A DNA stretch of 32,000 bases from Alkalilimnicola ehrlichii MLHE-1. Its GTDB lineage: Bacteria > Pseudomonadota > Gammaproteobacteria > Nitrococcales > Halorhodospiraceae. Position 1 is the stretch's first letter. Each line of letters opens with the position of its first letter. A model generated the notes under the pieces. The model did no database searches and was not told the DNA's origin. It saw only the letters and a program-made list of their open reading frames with translations. The position numbers and the translations under genes were made by a program. The stretch covers positions 960,001 to 992,000 of the forward strand of contig NC_008340.1 in assembly GCF_000014785.1 (NCBI RefSeq). Direction: 5' to 3'. Positions 1 to 12,452 of this stretch are shown here, one piece after another.

Positions 1-93
1 ACCCGGGACGGCGACCGGCTGAGCTCCCTTACCGGCACCCTGTACTATCGCCCGTTCCCCGATCTCACCCTGCCCCCCATCCGGATCAACTAG
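1..93 (+). CDS. C-terminal end of a CDS that starts outside the window (product unknown)
   Basis: Frame 1 is open from base 1 and encodes TRDGDRLSSLTGTLYYRPFPDLTLPPIRIN, then TAG at 91-93. Confidence 0.4.
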   Translation, partial: TRDGDRLSSLTGTLYYRPFPDLTLPPIRIN

Positions 94-791
94 CCATGCA
101 GCACCGGCGTCGGCGCGACCTGGGCATCGAACTGATGCTCGATGCCCCCGAGGGCTTCACCAGCGACTTCACGGGGCCGGCCGCCGAAATGACGGCATCG
201 TCGCGGTACCCCTGCCGGACCCGCATGAGCGCCGAGCAGGACAGCGTCTTCCGGCGCGCGGCGGGGCATGCGCTGGTGTTTGTCCTGCCCGTGGGGCACC
301 CCGAAGCTCCCACGTCGCCCAGCTCCGTCTGGTCAAGACCGCAGAGCGGGTGAGGGTAGTGGTCGACGGGCCGGCCATCTCTCGCGTGCTGGTGGGCTTG
401 GCGATTTACAATTTGGCCGGTGAACTCGCAGGGTTACTTCACGTTGACCCAGACGAAGAGATTAGTTTGCAGGAGGCGAGGCTTGGTAGTGCAGGCCTCG
501 ATCTGGTTGCGGCGTCCTGTTCCTGTCCATATCGACTCCCATCAGAGGGTGGTGGAGGATGCCGAACTGGTCCAGCACGAGGGTCGGCAGGACCGCGAGT
601 TTTACAAGTCGGATGACTGGTGGTGGAACCACAAGCGGATCAGCTGCCTGAAGAGCCAGCTAGGGCTCTCAGTGGTATTGATAGGCTTCCCACCCAATCA
701 ACTACCCCTGGCGCCAACTATGCTGCCAGTTGACCCCACAGATCGGCTGAATCGACATGGGCGCCTACCGGGAACAGCAGGCCCGGCAGAA

Positions 792-820
792 TTGACGCCC
801 CCCGGCGGGGCAGGTAGAAT
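792..820 (+). promoter_or_regulatory. Sigma70-type promoter for rplU-rpmA
   Basis: TTGACG (792-797), 17-bp spacer, TAGAAT (815-820), about 125 nt upstream of the rplU start. Confidence 0.7.
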
Positions 821-833
821 CCGCGCTCTTGAA

Positions 834-899
834 TCCGCTGCAGGTCGCGGCCCGGGTGTCCAGCCGGGAGAAGGCGGCCGGTCACCCGGTATCAGCGGA
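834..899 (+). promoter_or_regulatory. Structured 5' leader of rplU (candidate)
   Basis: Nested complementary segments: TCCGCTG (834-840) with CAGCGGA (893-899), and CCGGGTG (852-858) with CACCCGG (883-889). Confidence 0.4.
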
Positions 900-946
900 G
901 TGGCAAGCGAACACCAGCCAACAGATTCACTAACGGAGAACGGGTC

Positions 947-1261
947 ATGTACGCCGTTATCAAGACCGGAGGCAAGCAGTACAAGGTCTCCGAGGGAGAC
1001 GTCCTGCGCGTCGAGAAGCTCGCCGGTGAGGCGGGCGCTTCCGTGGAGTTCGACCAGGTTCTGATGGTCGGCGAGGGCGACGACGTCAAGGTCGGCGCGC
1101 CCACCGTGGAGGGCGGCAAGGTGACCGCCGAGGTGCTGGGTCAGGGCCGTGCCCGCAAGATCGAGATCCAGAAGTTCAAGCGCCGCAAGCAGTATCGCCG
1201 CTTCGCCGGTCATCGGCAGCAGTTCACCGAGGTCAAGATCACCGGCATCTCCGCCGGCTGA
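947..1261 (+). CDS. rplU: 50S ribosomal protein L21
   Basis: 104 aa; [14 protein letters not shown]... is a typical L21 N-terminus; followed by rpmA. Confidence 0.98.
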   Translation: MYAVIKTGGKQYKVSEGDVLRVEKLAGEAGASVEFDQVLMVGEGDDVKVGAPTVEGGKVTAEVLGQGRARKIEIQKFKRRKQYRRFAGHRQQFTEVKITGISAG

Positions 1262-1280
1262 TTCGGGAGGTTCAGCACTC

Positions 1281-1541
1281 ATGGCACACAAGAAGGCAGG
1301 CGGCAGCACTCGTAACGGCCGCGATTCAGAGAGTAAGCGTCTTGGCGTGAAGCGCTTTGGCGGTCAGAACGTGCTGGCCGGCAACATCCTGGTGCGCCAG
1401 CGTGGCACGCACTTCCACGCCGGTGAGAACGTCGGTCTGGGCAAGGACCACACCCTGTTCGCGAAGGCGGACGGTCAGGTGGTCTTCGAGCGCAAGGGCC
1501 CGCGCAACCGCCGCTACGTCAGCGTGCGCACCGTGCAGTAA
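1281..1541 (+). CDS. rpmA: 50S ribosomal protein L27
   Basis: [29 protein letters not shown]..., 86 aa. Start corrected from the longer ORF at 1149. Confidence 0.98.
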   Translation: MAHKKAGGSTRNGRDSESKRLGVKRFGGQNVLAGNILVRQRGTHFHAGENVGLGKDHTLFAKADGQVVFERKGPRNRRYVSVRTVQ

Positions 1542-1582
1542 ACACCACGCCCGGGCCATCCCGGCCTGCGTGAGTTTCCGGA

Positions 1583-1613
1583 AAGCCTCGTGTGTGCGCA
1601 CGGGGCTTTTCTT
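1583..1613 (+). terminator. Intrinsic terminator of rplU-rpmA
   Basis: AAGCCTCGTG (1583-1592), loop TGTGCG, CACGGGGCTT (1599-1608); 10-bp stem with one G-U pair, then TTTTCTT. Confidence 0.8.
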
Positions 1614-1630
1614 GTATGCGGAAGGGCTAA

Positions 1631-3852
<2,222 letters not shown>

Positions 3853-3924
3853 GCCGGTGCTTCGGCCCCTTGTGCCCGCGGCGCGAGTCCTGGCCGCGGA
3901 TGGGGTCCGTCATTCGCCCACGCA

Positions 3925-3959
3925 GAAAACGCCGGCCCCTGTTACCGGGTGCCGGCGTT
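3925..3959 (-). terminator. Intrinsic terminator of rpsT; may also act on the proB side
   Basis: AACGCCGGC (3928-3936) pairs with GCCGGCGTT (3951-3959), with an inner CCC/GGG extension. Read on the - strand it ends in GTTTTCTG. Confidence 0.7.
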
Positions 3960-3993
3960 GTCAGTGGCCGGCCGGGCAGGGTGCCCGGTCGGT

Positions 3994-4260
3994 TCAGCCC
4001 TGCAGGTTGCGCAGGTGCTGGTTGAGGCGGCTCTTGTGGCGGGCGGCCTTGTTCTTGTGGATCAGGCCGCGGGTGGCCATGCGGTCGATAACCGGCACGG
4101 CGACCTTGTAGGCTTCCTCGGCCTGCGCCTTGTCGCCGGCCTTGATGGCGTTCACGACGCGCTTGATGTAAGTGCGCATCATCGACCGTTGCGACTGATT
4201 GTGCTTGCGACGCTTTTCCGCCTGGCGGGCGCGCTTCTTTGCCGAAGGGATGTTAGCCAA
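3994..4260 (-). CDS. rpsT: 30S ribosomal protein S20, probable TTG start codon
   Basis: (M)[34 protein letters not shown]..., 88 aa. The start aligns to TTG at 4260-4258, with AGGAG 7 nt upstream. Confidence 0.96.
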   Translation of the reverse strand: MANIPSAKKRARQAEKRRKHNQSQRSMMRTYIKRVVNAIKAGDKAQAEEAYKVAVPVIDRMATRGLIHKNKAARHKSRLNQHLRNLQG

Positions 4261-4306
4261 AGCTCGACTCCTGGTTGAATCACTGCAGTGCGAACGAAAG
4301 GCCGGT

Positions 4307-4335
4307 AATATGCGCACCCTACAGCGCAATGTCAA
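4307..4335 (-). promoter_or_regulatory. Sigma70-type promoter for rpsT
   Basis: On the - strand: TTGACA (4335-4330), 17-nt spacer, CATATT (4312-4307). Confidence 0.6.
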
Positions 4336-4398
4336 CCCTGTTCACCCGGATAAAAGGGGCCGCATGGAAGAGCCAGACACAACCCGGAGCCCAGGGGC

Positions 4399-5967
4399 AT
4401 GAAGGCGGGGATGTTCCGCTCGGTCTTTACCTTCGGATCGCTCACCATGGTCTCACGTGTGCTGGGCCTGGTGCGCGACATGGTGGTGGCCGGGGTGTTC
4501 GGTTCGGGGCCGCAGACCGACGCCTTCATCGTCGCGTTCAAGATCCCCAATTTCATGCGCCGGCTCTTCGCCGAGGGCGCCTTCTCCCAGTCCTTCGTGC
4601 CGGTGCTCTCCGAGTACCGGACCAAGCGCCCGGACGAGGTGGGTGCGCTGGCGGCGAATACCCTGGGAGTGTTGGCGGCGGTGTTGCTGGTGATCACCGC
4701 CCTGGGCGTGGCGGGCGCGCCCTGGGTGGTCACGCTCTTCGCACCCGGGTTCAGTAACGAGCCGGAGAAATACGGCCTGGCCGTGGAGCTGCTGCGCTGG
4801 ACCTTCCCCTACATCCTGTTCATCTCCCTCACCGCGGCGGCCGCTGGCATCCTCAACACCTGGGGCCGGTTCGGGCCGCCGGCCTTCGCGCCGGTGCTGC
4901 TCAATCTGTGTATGATCGGCGCCGCCCTGGGTATCGCGCCGCTGCTGGAGACGCCTATCCTGGCCCTGGCCGTCGCCGTGCTGGTGGCGGGCGTGCTGCA
5001 ACTGCTGCTGCAACTGCCCTTTCTGGCCTCCATCGGCATGCTCCGCCGGCCCCGTTTCGGCTGGCGCCACCCCGGTGTGCGCCGCATCATGCGGCTGATG
5101 GCACCCGCCGCCTTCGGCTCCTCGGTGGCGCAGATCAACCTGTTGCTGGACACGGTGCTGGCCTCCTTCCTGATCACCGGCAGCGTGACCTGGCTCTATT
5201 TCTCCGACCGTTTGGTGGAATTCCCCCTCGGGGTGTTCGGGGTGGCCCTGGGTATGGTGCTGTTGCCGCGCCTGTCGGCGGAGCACGCCGCCGCCAGTCC
5301 GGAGCGGTTCAGCCAGACTCTGGATTGGGGGCTGCGCTGGGTCCTGGTGCTCATTGCGCCGGCCACGGTGGGCCTGTCGGCCATGGCCCTGCCCATCATC
5401 GCCACCCTCTTTCATTACGGCCAGTTCGTCGAACTGGATGTGATGGCCGCTGCCCTGAGCTTGGCCGGGTACAGCCTGGGCCTGTTCGGTTTCGTGCTGG
5501 TCAAGGTGCTGGCGCCGGGGCACTTCGCCCGCCAGGATATGCGGACACCGGTGCGCTGCGCGGTGATCAGCCTGCTCTGCAATATGGTGCTCAGCGTCAG
5601 TGCGGTGCTCTGGCTCCATGACACCGGGGTGGGGCACGTGGGGTTGGCGATGGCCACGGCGGTTGCCGCGTGGGTCAACGCGACCCTGCTCTATCGCGCG
5701 CTGCGGCGCAGCGGCCACTACGCACCCTGTGCCGGCTGGAGCGCCCTGGGCCGGCGGGTGGGCCTGGCCACCCTAGTGATGGGGGCGGTACTGCTATGGC
5801 CGGCCAGTCAGCCGGAGCAATGGTTGCAGGCCGGTGTCACCGAGCGGGTGCTGCGCTTGAGTGGGTGGCTGCTCCTTGCCGCTGCGGTCTATTTCGCCGC
5901 CCTGCGCCTGTTCGGGTGGGACTGGCGATCCATGAAGGAGCCGCCGGGCGCGGAGCGCGCAGGCTGA
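4399..5967 (+). CDS. murJ: Lipid II flippase MurJ (MviN)
   Basis: FRSVFTFGSLTMVSRVLGLVRDMVVAGVFG..., polytopic, 522 aa. Start may be 4399 or 4411. Confidence 0.95.
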   Translation: MKAGMFRSVFTFGSLTMVSRVLGLVRDMVVAGVFGSGPQTDAFIVAFKIPNFMRRLFAEGAFSQSFVPVLSEYRTKRPDEVGALAANTLGVLAAVLLVITALGVAGAPWVVTLFAPGFSNEPEKYGLAVELLRWTFPYILFISLTAAAAGILNTWGRFGPPAFAPVLLNLCMIGAALGIAPLLETPILALAVAVLVAGVLQLLLQLPFLASIGMLRRPRFGWRHPGVRRIMRLMAPAAFGSSVAQINLLLDTVLASFLITGSVTWLYFSDRLVEFPLGVFGVALGMVLLPRLSAEHAAASPERFSQTLDWGLRWVLVLIAPATVGLSAMALPIIATLFHYGQFVELDVMAAALSLAGYSLGLFGFVLVKVLAPGHFARQDMRTPVRCAVISLLCNMVLSVSAVLWLHDTGVGHVGLAMATAVAAWVNATLLYRALRRSGHYAPCAGWSALGRRVGLATLVMGAVLLWPASQPEQWLQAGVTERVLRLSGWLLLAAAVYFAALRLFGWDWRSMKEPPGAERAG

Positions 5968-6011
5968 TCGCACACCTTGTATAATGGCGGTTTTGCGAGC
6001 ACTCCCCCGGT

Positions 6012-6980
6012 ATGGAACTGGTACGCGGCCTCCACAATCTGCAGCCCCGCCACCGCGGGTGCGCGCTGACCATCGGCAATTTCGATGGCGTGCACTTAGG
6101 CCATCAGGCCATGCTCGACACCCTGGGGCTTGCGGCGCAGCGCTTGGGTGTACCGCCGCTGCTGCTTACCTTCGAGCCGCACCCGCTGGAGGCCCTGCGC
6201 CCGGAGCAGGCGCCCACGCGCATCACCCCCCTGCGCGACAAGCTCGCGGCGTTGGCCGAGACCCCGCTGCAGCGGGTGGTGGTGGCACGCTTCGGCGCGG
6301 CCCTCGCCGGCATGTCGGCAGAGGCCTTCGTCGACGAGCTGCTGATCGGCCGGTTGGGCGTGCGCCACCTGCTGATCGGTGACGACTTCCGCTTCGGCCG
6401 CGCCCGCCGGGGCGATTATGCCATGCTGGCCGAGGCCTCGCGCCGGCACGGCTTCGAGCTGGACCGCCTGGAGACCCTGGCCACCGAGGACGGTGAGCGC
6501 ATCAGCAGCACCCGCGTACGTGCCGCCCTGGCTGCCGGTGACCTGGGTGAGGCCGAGGACCTCCTGGGCCGCCCGTACACCCTCTCCGGCCGGGTGGTGC
6601 GGGGTGATGCCATCGGCCGGCGGCTTGGCTTCCGCACCGCCAACATCGCCTTTCGCGCCAACCAGCGGCCGGCCCTGGGGGGCATCTTCACCGTGAGTGT
6701 GGAGGGCGTGGCCGACCGGCCGCTGCCCGGGGTGGCCAATGTCGGGACCCGCCCGGCGGTGGGGGGCAAACGGCACCTGCTGGAGGTGCATTTGCTGGAC
6801 TGGCAAGGCAGACTATACGGCTGCCATCTGCAAGTGCGATTCCTCCAGCGGCTGCGCGAGGAGTGGCATTTCGACTCGCTGGATGCGCTCAGCGCCCAGA
6901 TCGGCCGGGACGTGGACCAAGCCCGGGCCCTGTTCAATGACAACCCTCTTTCCGATCCGACCCCAAGGACCGCGACGTGA
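6012..6980 (+). CDS. ribF: Bifunctional riboflavin kinase/FAD synthetase
   Basis: [35 protein letters not shown]; upstream of ileS. Confidence 0.96.
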   Translation: MELVRGLHNLQPRHRGCALTIGNFDGVHLGHQAMLDTLGLAAQRLGVPPLLLTFEPHPLEALRPEQAPTRITPLRDKLAALAETPLQRVVVARFGAALAGMSAEAFVDELLIGRLGVRHLLIGDDFRFGRARRGDYAMLAEASRRHGFELDRLETLATEDGERISSTRVRAALAAGDLGEAEDLLGRPYTLSGRVVRGDAIGRRLGFRTANIAFRANQRPALGGIFTVSVEGVADRPLPGVANVGTRPAVGGKRHLLEVHLLDWQGRLYGCHLQVRFLQRLREEWHFDSLDALSAQIGRDVDQARALFNDNPLSDPTPRTAT

Positions 6981-9802
6981 GTGATTACAAGCACACCCTG
7001 AACCTGCCGAAGACCGGCTTTCCCATGCGCGGCAATCTGGCCAAGCGGGAGCCGGAGCGGCTCGCCGGCTGGTATCAGACGGACCTTTACGGTCGCCTGC
7101 GCCGCGAGCGCGCCGGCAAGCCCCGTTTCGTGCTGCACGACGGCCCGCCCTACGCCAACGGCGACATCCACATCGGCCACGCGGTCAACAAGATCCTCAA
7201 GGACATCATCATCAAGGCGCGCAGCATGGACGGCTACGACGTCCCCTATGTGCCGGGCTGGGATTGCCACGGGCTGCCCATAGAGCTGATGGTGGAGAAA
7301 AAGCGGGGCAAGGCGGGCGCCAAGGTGAGCCCGCGGGCCTTCCGCGACGCCTGCCGCGAGTTTGCCGCCAGCCAAGTGGACGGCCAGCGCGAGGATTTTA
7401 AGCGGCTCGGCGTGCTTGGTGACTGGGACAACCCTTACCTCACCATGGATTACCGCACCGAGGCGGATATCCTGCGTGCCCTGGGGCGGATCATCCAGCG
7501 TGGTCATGTCACCCGAGGCTTCAAGCCGGTGCACTGGTGCGCCGACTGTGGTTCCGCCCTGGCCGAGGCCGAGGTGGAATACGAGGAGAAGACCTCGCCC
7601 GCCATCGACGTGCGCTTTGCCGTGCTGGAGCCCGAGGAGTTGGACCGCCGGGCCGGACTCGGGGGCGAGGCGGCCGCGGCCGGCCGGGTCGCCATCCCCA
7701 TCTGGACCACCACCCCCTGGACACTGCCCGCCAACCAGGCGGTGGCTTTGCACCCGGAGTTGGAATACGTCGTGGTCGCTTTCGACGACGAACTACTGGT
7801 GCTGGCGGCCGAGCTGGTGGAATCGGCCATGGCCCGTTACGAGGTGGACGACTACCGGGTCGTCGGCCGTTGCGACGGCGCGGTGCTCGAGGGCCTGCGA
7901 CTGGCGCACCCCTTCCTGGAACGCGAGGTGCCGGTGATCCTGGGCGGGCACGTCACCACCGACGGCGGCACCGGGGCGGTGCACACCGCCCCCGGGCATG
8001 GCCAGGATGACTACGTGGTCGGCCAGCAGTACGACCTGCCCACCGACAACCCGGTGGACGGCAACGGGGTTTTCCTCCCCGACACCCCGTTCTTCGCCGG
8101 ACAGCATGTCTTCAAGGCCAACCCGAAGGTGGTGGACCTGCTCGCGGAGCGCGGCGCGCTGCTGCACCACGAGCCCTACCGCCACAGCTACCCTCATTGC
8201 TGGCGCCACAAGACCCCCATCCTCTTCCGGGCCACGCCGCAGTGGTTCATCAGCCTGGACAAGGCGGGCATGCGTGAGCACGCCATGGCCGCCATCAAGG
8301 GGGTGAGCTGGCATCCGGAGTGGGGGCAGGCCCGGATCGAATCGATGGTCAACGGCCGGCCGGACTGGTGCATCTCCCGCCAGCGCAACTGGGGTGTGCC
8401 CATCGCCCTGTTCGTGGACAAGCGCAGCGGTGAGCCCCACCCGGAGAGCGAACGGTTGATCGAGGCCGTGGCCCGGCGGGTGGAGGAGGCCGGGGTGGAC
8501 GCCTGGTTCGAGCTGGACCCCGCCGAGCTGTTGGGCGCTGACGCCGAGCGCTACGAGAAGGTCACCGATATCCTGGATGTCTGGTTCGACTCCGGCGTCA
8601 CCCACGCCACGGTGCTGGAGCGCCGGGACGAGCTGCAGGTGCCCGCCGACCTCTACCTGGAGGGCTCCGATCAGCACCGCGGCTGGTTCCAGTCCTCGCT
8701 GCTCACCTCGGTGGGGGTGCGCGAGACCGCGCCCTACAAGGGGGTGCTTACCCACGGCTTCACCGTGGACGAGAAGGGCCACAAGATGTCCAAGTCCCGG
8801 GGCAACGTGGTGGCCCCGCAGAAGGTCATGGATACCCTGGGGGCGGATATCCTGCGCCTGTGGGTGGCCTCCTCGGACTACTCCGCCGAGATGGCCGTCT
8901 CCGACGGCATCCTCAAGCGCACCGCTGACGCCTACCGGCGCATGCGTAACACGGCCCGCTTCCTGCTCGCCAACCTCAACGGCTTCGAGCCCGCCGAACA
9001 CGCCGTGGCCCCCCCGGATATGCTGCCCCTGGACCGCTGGGCCGTGGACCGCGCCTACCTGCTCCAGCAGCAGGTGCGCGAGGCCTACGAGCGCTACGAG
9101 TTCCACCGTATCTATCAGATGGTGCACAACTTCTGCGTGGTGGACCTGGGCGGTTTCTACCTGGACGTGATCAAGGACCGCCAGTACACCACGAAGCCCG
9201 ACAGCCTCGCCCGCCGCTCCTGCCAGACCGCCCTCTGGCACGTGGCCGAGGGCCTGGTGCGCTGGCTTGCGCCCATCATCTCCTTCACCGCCGAGGAGAT
9301 CTGGGAGCACCTGCCGGGCGAACGCAGCGACTCGGTGCTGCTTGAGACCTGGTACGAGGGCCTGTTCCCGCTCGATGACAGCGACCCGTTCGGGCGCGCC
9401 TTCTGGGACGACGTGCTGGCGGTGCGCGCCGGTGTCAACCGGGAGCTGGAGCAGCTTCGCAACGACAAGGTGATTGGCGCCAGCCTGCAGGCGGAGGTGC
9501 AGCTCTTCTGTCCGCCGGAGCTCAAGGCCAAGCTCGACCGGCTGGGCGACGAGCTGCGCTTCGTGCTGATCACCAGCGAGGCGCGCGTGGAGGATCTGGA
9601 ACGGGCCCCGGTGGAGTCGGTGGAGGTCCCCGGTGAGAATGGCCAGGGTTTCCGCCTCTTCGCCGCAGCCAGTCAGCACCCCAAGTGCACCCGCTGCTGG
9701 CACCATCGCCCGGATGTGGGCCACCATGCGGATCACCCGGAGCTGTGCGGCCGTTGCGTGAGCAACGTCGACGGCGAGGGTGAGACCCGTCACTACGCCT
9801 GA
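6977..9802 (+). CDS. ileS: Isoleucyl-tRNA synthetase
   Basis: [31 protein letters not shown]-terminal zinc motif CTRCW...CGRCV. GTG start overlapping the ribF stop (GTGA). Confidence 0.98.
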   Translation: MSDYKHTLNLPKTGFPMRGNLAKREPERLAGWYQTDLYGRLRRERAGKPRFVLHDGPPYANGDIHIGHAVNKILKDIIIKARSMDGYDVPYVPGWDCHGLPIELMVEKKRGKAGAKVSPRAFRDACREFAASQVDGQREDFKRLGVLGDWDNPYLTMDYRTEADILRALGRIIQRGHVTRGFKPVHWCADCGSALAEAEVEYEEKTSPAIDVRFAVLEPEELDRRAGLGGEAAAAGRVAIPIWTTTPWTLPANQAVALHPELEYVVVAFDDELLVLAAELVESAMARYEVDDYRVVGRCDGAVLEGLRLAHPFLEREVPVILGGHVTTDGGTGAVHTAPGHGQDDYVVGQQYDLPTDNPVDGNGVFLPDTPFFAGQHVFKANPKVVDLLAERGALLHHEPYRHSYPHCWRHKTPILFRATPQWFISLDKAGMREHAMAAIKGVSWHPEWGQARIESMVNGRPDWCISRQRNWGVPIALFVDKRSGEPHPESERLIEAVARRVEEAGVDAWFELDPAELLGADAERYEKVTDILDVWFDSGVTHATVLERRDELQVPADLYLEGSDQHRGWFQSSLLTSVGVRETAPYKGVLTHGFTVDEKGHKMSKSRGNVVAPQKVMDTLGADILRLWVASSDYSAEMAVSDGILKRTADAYRRMRNTARFLLANLNGFEPAEHAVAPPDMLPLDRWAVDRAYLLQQQVREAYERYEFHRIYQMVHNFCVVDLGGFYLDVIKDRQYTTKPDSLARRSCQTALWHVAEGLVRWLAPIISFTAEEIWEHLPGERSDSVLLETWYEGLFPLDDSDPFGRAFWDDVLAVRAGVNRELEQLRNDKVIGASLQAEVQLFCPPELKAKLDRLGDELRFVLITSEARVEDLERAPVESVEVPGENGQGFRLFAAASQHPKCTRCWHHRPDVGHHADHPELCGRCVSNVDGEGETRHYA

Positions 9803-9812
9803 GCGAGGTCGC

Positions 9813-10280
9813 ATGAATCCGTGGATCGGCCTGGCATTCGTCGTGCTGCTGCTGGATCAGGCCAGTAAGCTGGCCGCCGAGTACTGGCTGGTCTACCACC
9901 AGAGCGTGGCGCTGCTGCCGGTGCTTAACCTCACCCTCAGCTATAACCCCGGGGCGGCCTTCAGCTTCCTGGGCGAGGCGGGGGGTTGGCAGCGCTGGTT
10001 CTTCTCCGCCATCGCCCTGGGGGTGTCGCTGTACATCCTGTGGTGGCTGCACCAGATCCGCGGGCGCCGCCATTTCCTGGCCTGTGGCCTGGCCCTGGTG
10101 CTGGGTGGGGCGGTGGGCAATTTGATCGACCGGCTGGTGCACGGCTACGTCATCGACTTCATCCATGTCTATTGGCGCGACTGGCACTACCCCATCTTCA
10201 ACGTCGCCGACATCGGTATCACTGTCGGGGTGGTCATGGTGATGGTCTACATGATCTTCCTGGAGCCCAAGCAGGCGTGA
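9813..10280 (+). CDS. lspA: Prolipoprotein signal peptidase
   Basis: MNPWIGLAFVVLLLDQASK, YNPGAAFSFL, GNLIDRLVHGYVIDFI, FNVADI catalytic motifs. Confidence 0.96.
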   Translation: MNPWIGLAFVVLLLDQASKLAAEYWLVYHQSVALLPVLNLTLSYNPGAAFSFLGEAGGWQRWFFSAIALGVSLYILWWLHQIRGRRHFLACGLALVLGGAVGNLIDRLVHGYVIDFIHVYWRDWHYPIFNVADIGITVGVVMVMVYMIFLEPKQA

Positions 10281-10350
10281 GCACACGCCGTTGCCGCAGG
10301 GCCCCAATAGCTGACAAAATAGCTGCGAAATCCAACCAGGTGTCACCGCC

Positions 10351-11301
10351 ATGACCCAAGTCCTGCTCGCCAACCCCCGCGGCTTCTGTGCCGGCGTCGA
10401 CCGCGCCATCGACATCGTCGACCGGGCGCTGGAGCTCTTTGGCGCGCCCATCTACGTGCGCCACGAGGTGGTGCATAACCGTTACGTGGTCAACAACCTG
10501 CGGGACAAGGGCGCGGTGTTTGTCGAAGAGCTGGACGAGGTGCCGGACGGCGCCACGGTCATCTTCAGCGCCCACGGCGTCTCCCAGGCCGTGCGCCGCG
10601 AGGCGGAGCGCCGCGGGCTGCAGGTCTTTGACGCCACTTGCCCGCTGGTCACCAAGGTGCATATGGAGGTGCAGAAGTACGCGCGGGAGGGGCGCGAGGT
10701 GGTGCTGATCGGCCACGCCGGCCACCCGGAGGTGGAGGGCACCATCGGCCAGTATGAGCGCCAGGGGGGGGCCGGCGGCGACATCTACCTGGTTGAGAAG
10801 CCCGAGGACGTCCAGGCGCTGGTGGTTCGCGACCCGGACAGCCTCGCCTTCGTCACCCAGACCACCCTGTCGATGGATGACACCGCCAACGTCATCGACG
10901 CCCTGCGCGAACGGTTCCCCAACATCACCGGCCCGCGCAAGAACGACATCTGCTACGCCACCCAGAACCGGCAGGATGCGGTCAAGCAACTGGCTGAGCA
11001 GGTGGACCTGATGCTGGTGGTGGGTTCACCCAACAGCTCCAACTCCAACCGCCTGCGGGAACTGGCCGAGCGCAAGGGGGTCGAGGCCCACTTGGTGGAC
11101 GGCCCGGAACAACTCCAGCGGGCGTGGCTGGAGGGCCGCCACGCCATCGGCGTCACCGCCGGCGCCTCGGCCCCGGAGGTGCTGGTGCGGCAGGTCCTGG
11201 ACCAGCTCCAGGCCTGGGGCGCCCGCCCACCGGAGGAGGCGAAGGGCATCGAGGAGAAAGTGGTGTTCTCGCTGCCGCGGGAGCTCCGCGACTCGGCATA
11301 A
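10351..11301 (+). CDS. ispH: 4-hydroxy-3-methylbut-2-enyl diphosphate reductase
   Basis: [40 protein letters not shown]. Confidence 0.97.
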   Translation: MTQVLLANPRGFCAGVDRAIDIVDRALELFGAPIYVRHEVVHNRYVVNNLRDKGAVFVEELDEVPDGATVIFSAHGVSQAVRREAERRGLQVFDATCPLVTKVHMEVQKYAREGREVVLIGHAGHPEVEGTIGQYERQGGAGGDIYLVEKPEDVQALVVRDPDSLAFVTQTTLSMDDTANVIDALRERFPNITGPRKNDICYATQNRQDAVKQLAEQVDLMLVVGSPNSSNSNRLRELAERKGVEAHLVDGPEQLQRAWLEGRHAIGVTAGASAPEVLVRQVLDQLQAWGARPPEEAKGIEEKVVFSLPRELRDSA

Positions 11302-11465
11302 CCACGGTGCATCCCTGCCCCTCCGGTCATCGCGACGGTCGAAGGCTTTCCCCGTCATCGCGAGCCCCCGCCCCGCTGCGCGGGCGCGAATCAGGGAAGA
11401 ACGGCGGGGCTGCCATGGCGAGGGCCGCGGGTTTTCGGTCGTCATCGCGAGGGGGGGCGCCCCAC

Positions 11466-11545
11466 CCGTCATCGCGAGGGCCGAAGGCCCGCGGCGATCC
11501 AGGGCGGTAGACTGCCACGTCGGCTTCGCCTCCTCGCAGTGACGG
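11466..11545. repeat. Full element A (80 bp)
   Basis: CCGTCATCGCGAGGGCCGAAGGCCCGCGGCGATCC...GACTGCCACGTCGGCTTCGCCTCCTCGCAGTGACGG. Confidence 0.85.
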
Positions 11546-11593
11546 TGGGGGTGGGGCCGCGCTCGCAGTGACGGTGGGTGCGGGGCACCACCC

Positions 11594-11675
11594 CCGTCAT
11601 CGCGAGGAGCGCAGCGACGCGGCGATCCACACCCCGCCATGGACTGCCGCGCCCCTGCGGGGCTCGCAGTGACGG
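11594..11675. repeat. Full element C (82 bp)
   Basis: CCGTCATCGCGAGGAGCGCAGCGACGCGGCGATCCA...TGGACTGCCGCGCCCCTGCGGGGCTCGCAGTGACGG. Confidence 0.85.
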
Positions 11676-11694
11676 TGGGTGCGGGGCACCACCC

Positions 11695-11776
11695 CCGTCA
11701 TCGCGAGGAGCGCAGCGACGCGGCGATCCACACCCCCGCCTGGACTGCCACGCCCCATGGGGGCTCGCAGTGACGG
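11695..11776. repeat. Full element D (82 bp)
   Basis: Near-identical to element C, offset by 101 bp, separated by the 19-nt spacer TGGGTGCGGGGCACCACCC. Confidence 0.85.
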
Positions 11777-11803
11777 GGCAGGGTCTCGCCGGCTGTCAGC
11801 CAA

Positions 11804-12184
11804 CTACCAGCAGGCGTCCGGCCCACGCTCTCCGGTATGCGTCAGAAACATCGTGCCGTCGCAATCTGAGTCATCGCGCCCGCTCACCTTGTCAGCTTCG
11901 AGTCGGAAGCCCTGATTGTTGTTCTGTAACGACACGTCCACCTCCCAAAGCCCTTGGTCAGACGTGAGGTTACCCGGTACCGAGTACTCGTTGTCCCGGG
12001 TGTACATCCGCTCCATGCGCTGCGCCACACTCATCAGCGCGGCCTGGCCATCAGAGCGCTCACCGCGGATCACCTGATTGGTGTACAGCGGATAGGCGAT
12101 CGAGGCCAGGATGCCCACAATGACCACCACGATCATCACCTCGATCAGTGTGAACCCGCTGTTTCCCGGCCGTTTTGCACGCAT
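11804..12184 (-). CDS. pilE: Type IV pilus minor pilin, PilE family
   Basis: MRAKRPGNSGFTLIEVMIVVVIVGILASIAYPLYTNQVIRGERSDGQAALM..., C-terminal cysteine pair region DCDG...DACW, 126 aa. Confidence 0.85.
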   Translation of the reverse strand: MRAKRPGNSGFTLIEVMIVVVIVGILASIAYPLYTNQVIRGERSDGQAALMSVAQRMERMYTRDNEYSVPGNLTSDQGLWEVDVSLQNNNQGFRLEADKVSGRDDSDCDGTMFLTHTGERGPDACW

Positions 12185-12452
12185 ACCCTTATCCTCGTCC
12201 GCCGTCCCCGCCGCTGGCCGCGGCGATGTCTCCGACTGATTGTCACCAGCTTCGCCCGCCGACCGCGCGCTTTTCATCCGGCAGCCGACGGTTGGTCGCC
12301 ATCCCCTGACGAGCGGCGGCCCGCAAGCTCGCCTCAGCCGCCCGTTCTACGCTAGTCTTCGGTCTTATGGGGCAGGGATTGCCCCGTCGCCGTCCGTTAG
12401 CAGGCCGGCGGGCGTCACCACGGCGCCACCCACAATAGCCATGGAGGGTTTC

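Larger units (their letters stand above)
11332..11776. repeat. Cluster 1 of palindromic MITE/REP-like elements (full and partial copies)
   Basis: Repeated CCGTCATCGCGAG and CTCGCAGTGACGG arms fill the interval between convergent ispH and pilE. Confidence 0.9.

Noticed and set aside
4453-7753. Minus-strand ORFs 4453-5718, 6096-6806 and 6416-7753
   Set aside because: Shadow ORFs opposite murJ, ribF and ileS; compositionally biased Q/H/R/G-rich translations.
7793-9814. 673-aa minus-strand ORF
   Set aside because: Antisense to the conserved ileS; typical high-GC shadow ORF.
11026-11803. ORFs in cluster 1, such as 11026-11640(-), 11124-11510(+) and 11578-11967(+)
   Set aside because: They read through the palindromic repeats and encode the same spurious HCEEA/VIARA-type peptides in cluster 2, so they are not genes.
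12360-12452. Possible riboswitch before the first fimT-like gene
   Set aside because: A GGGGCA/TGCCCC hairpin is present at 12369-12385, but the conserved residues of c-di-GMP or other known riboswitch classes could not be recognised.
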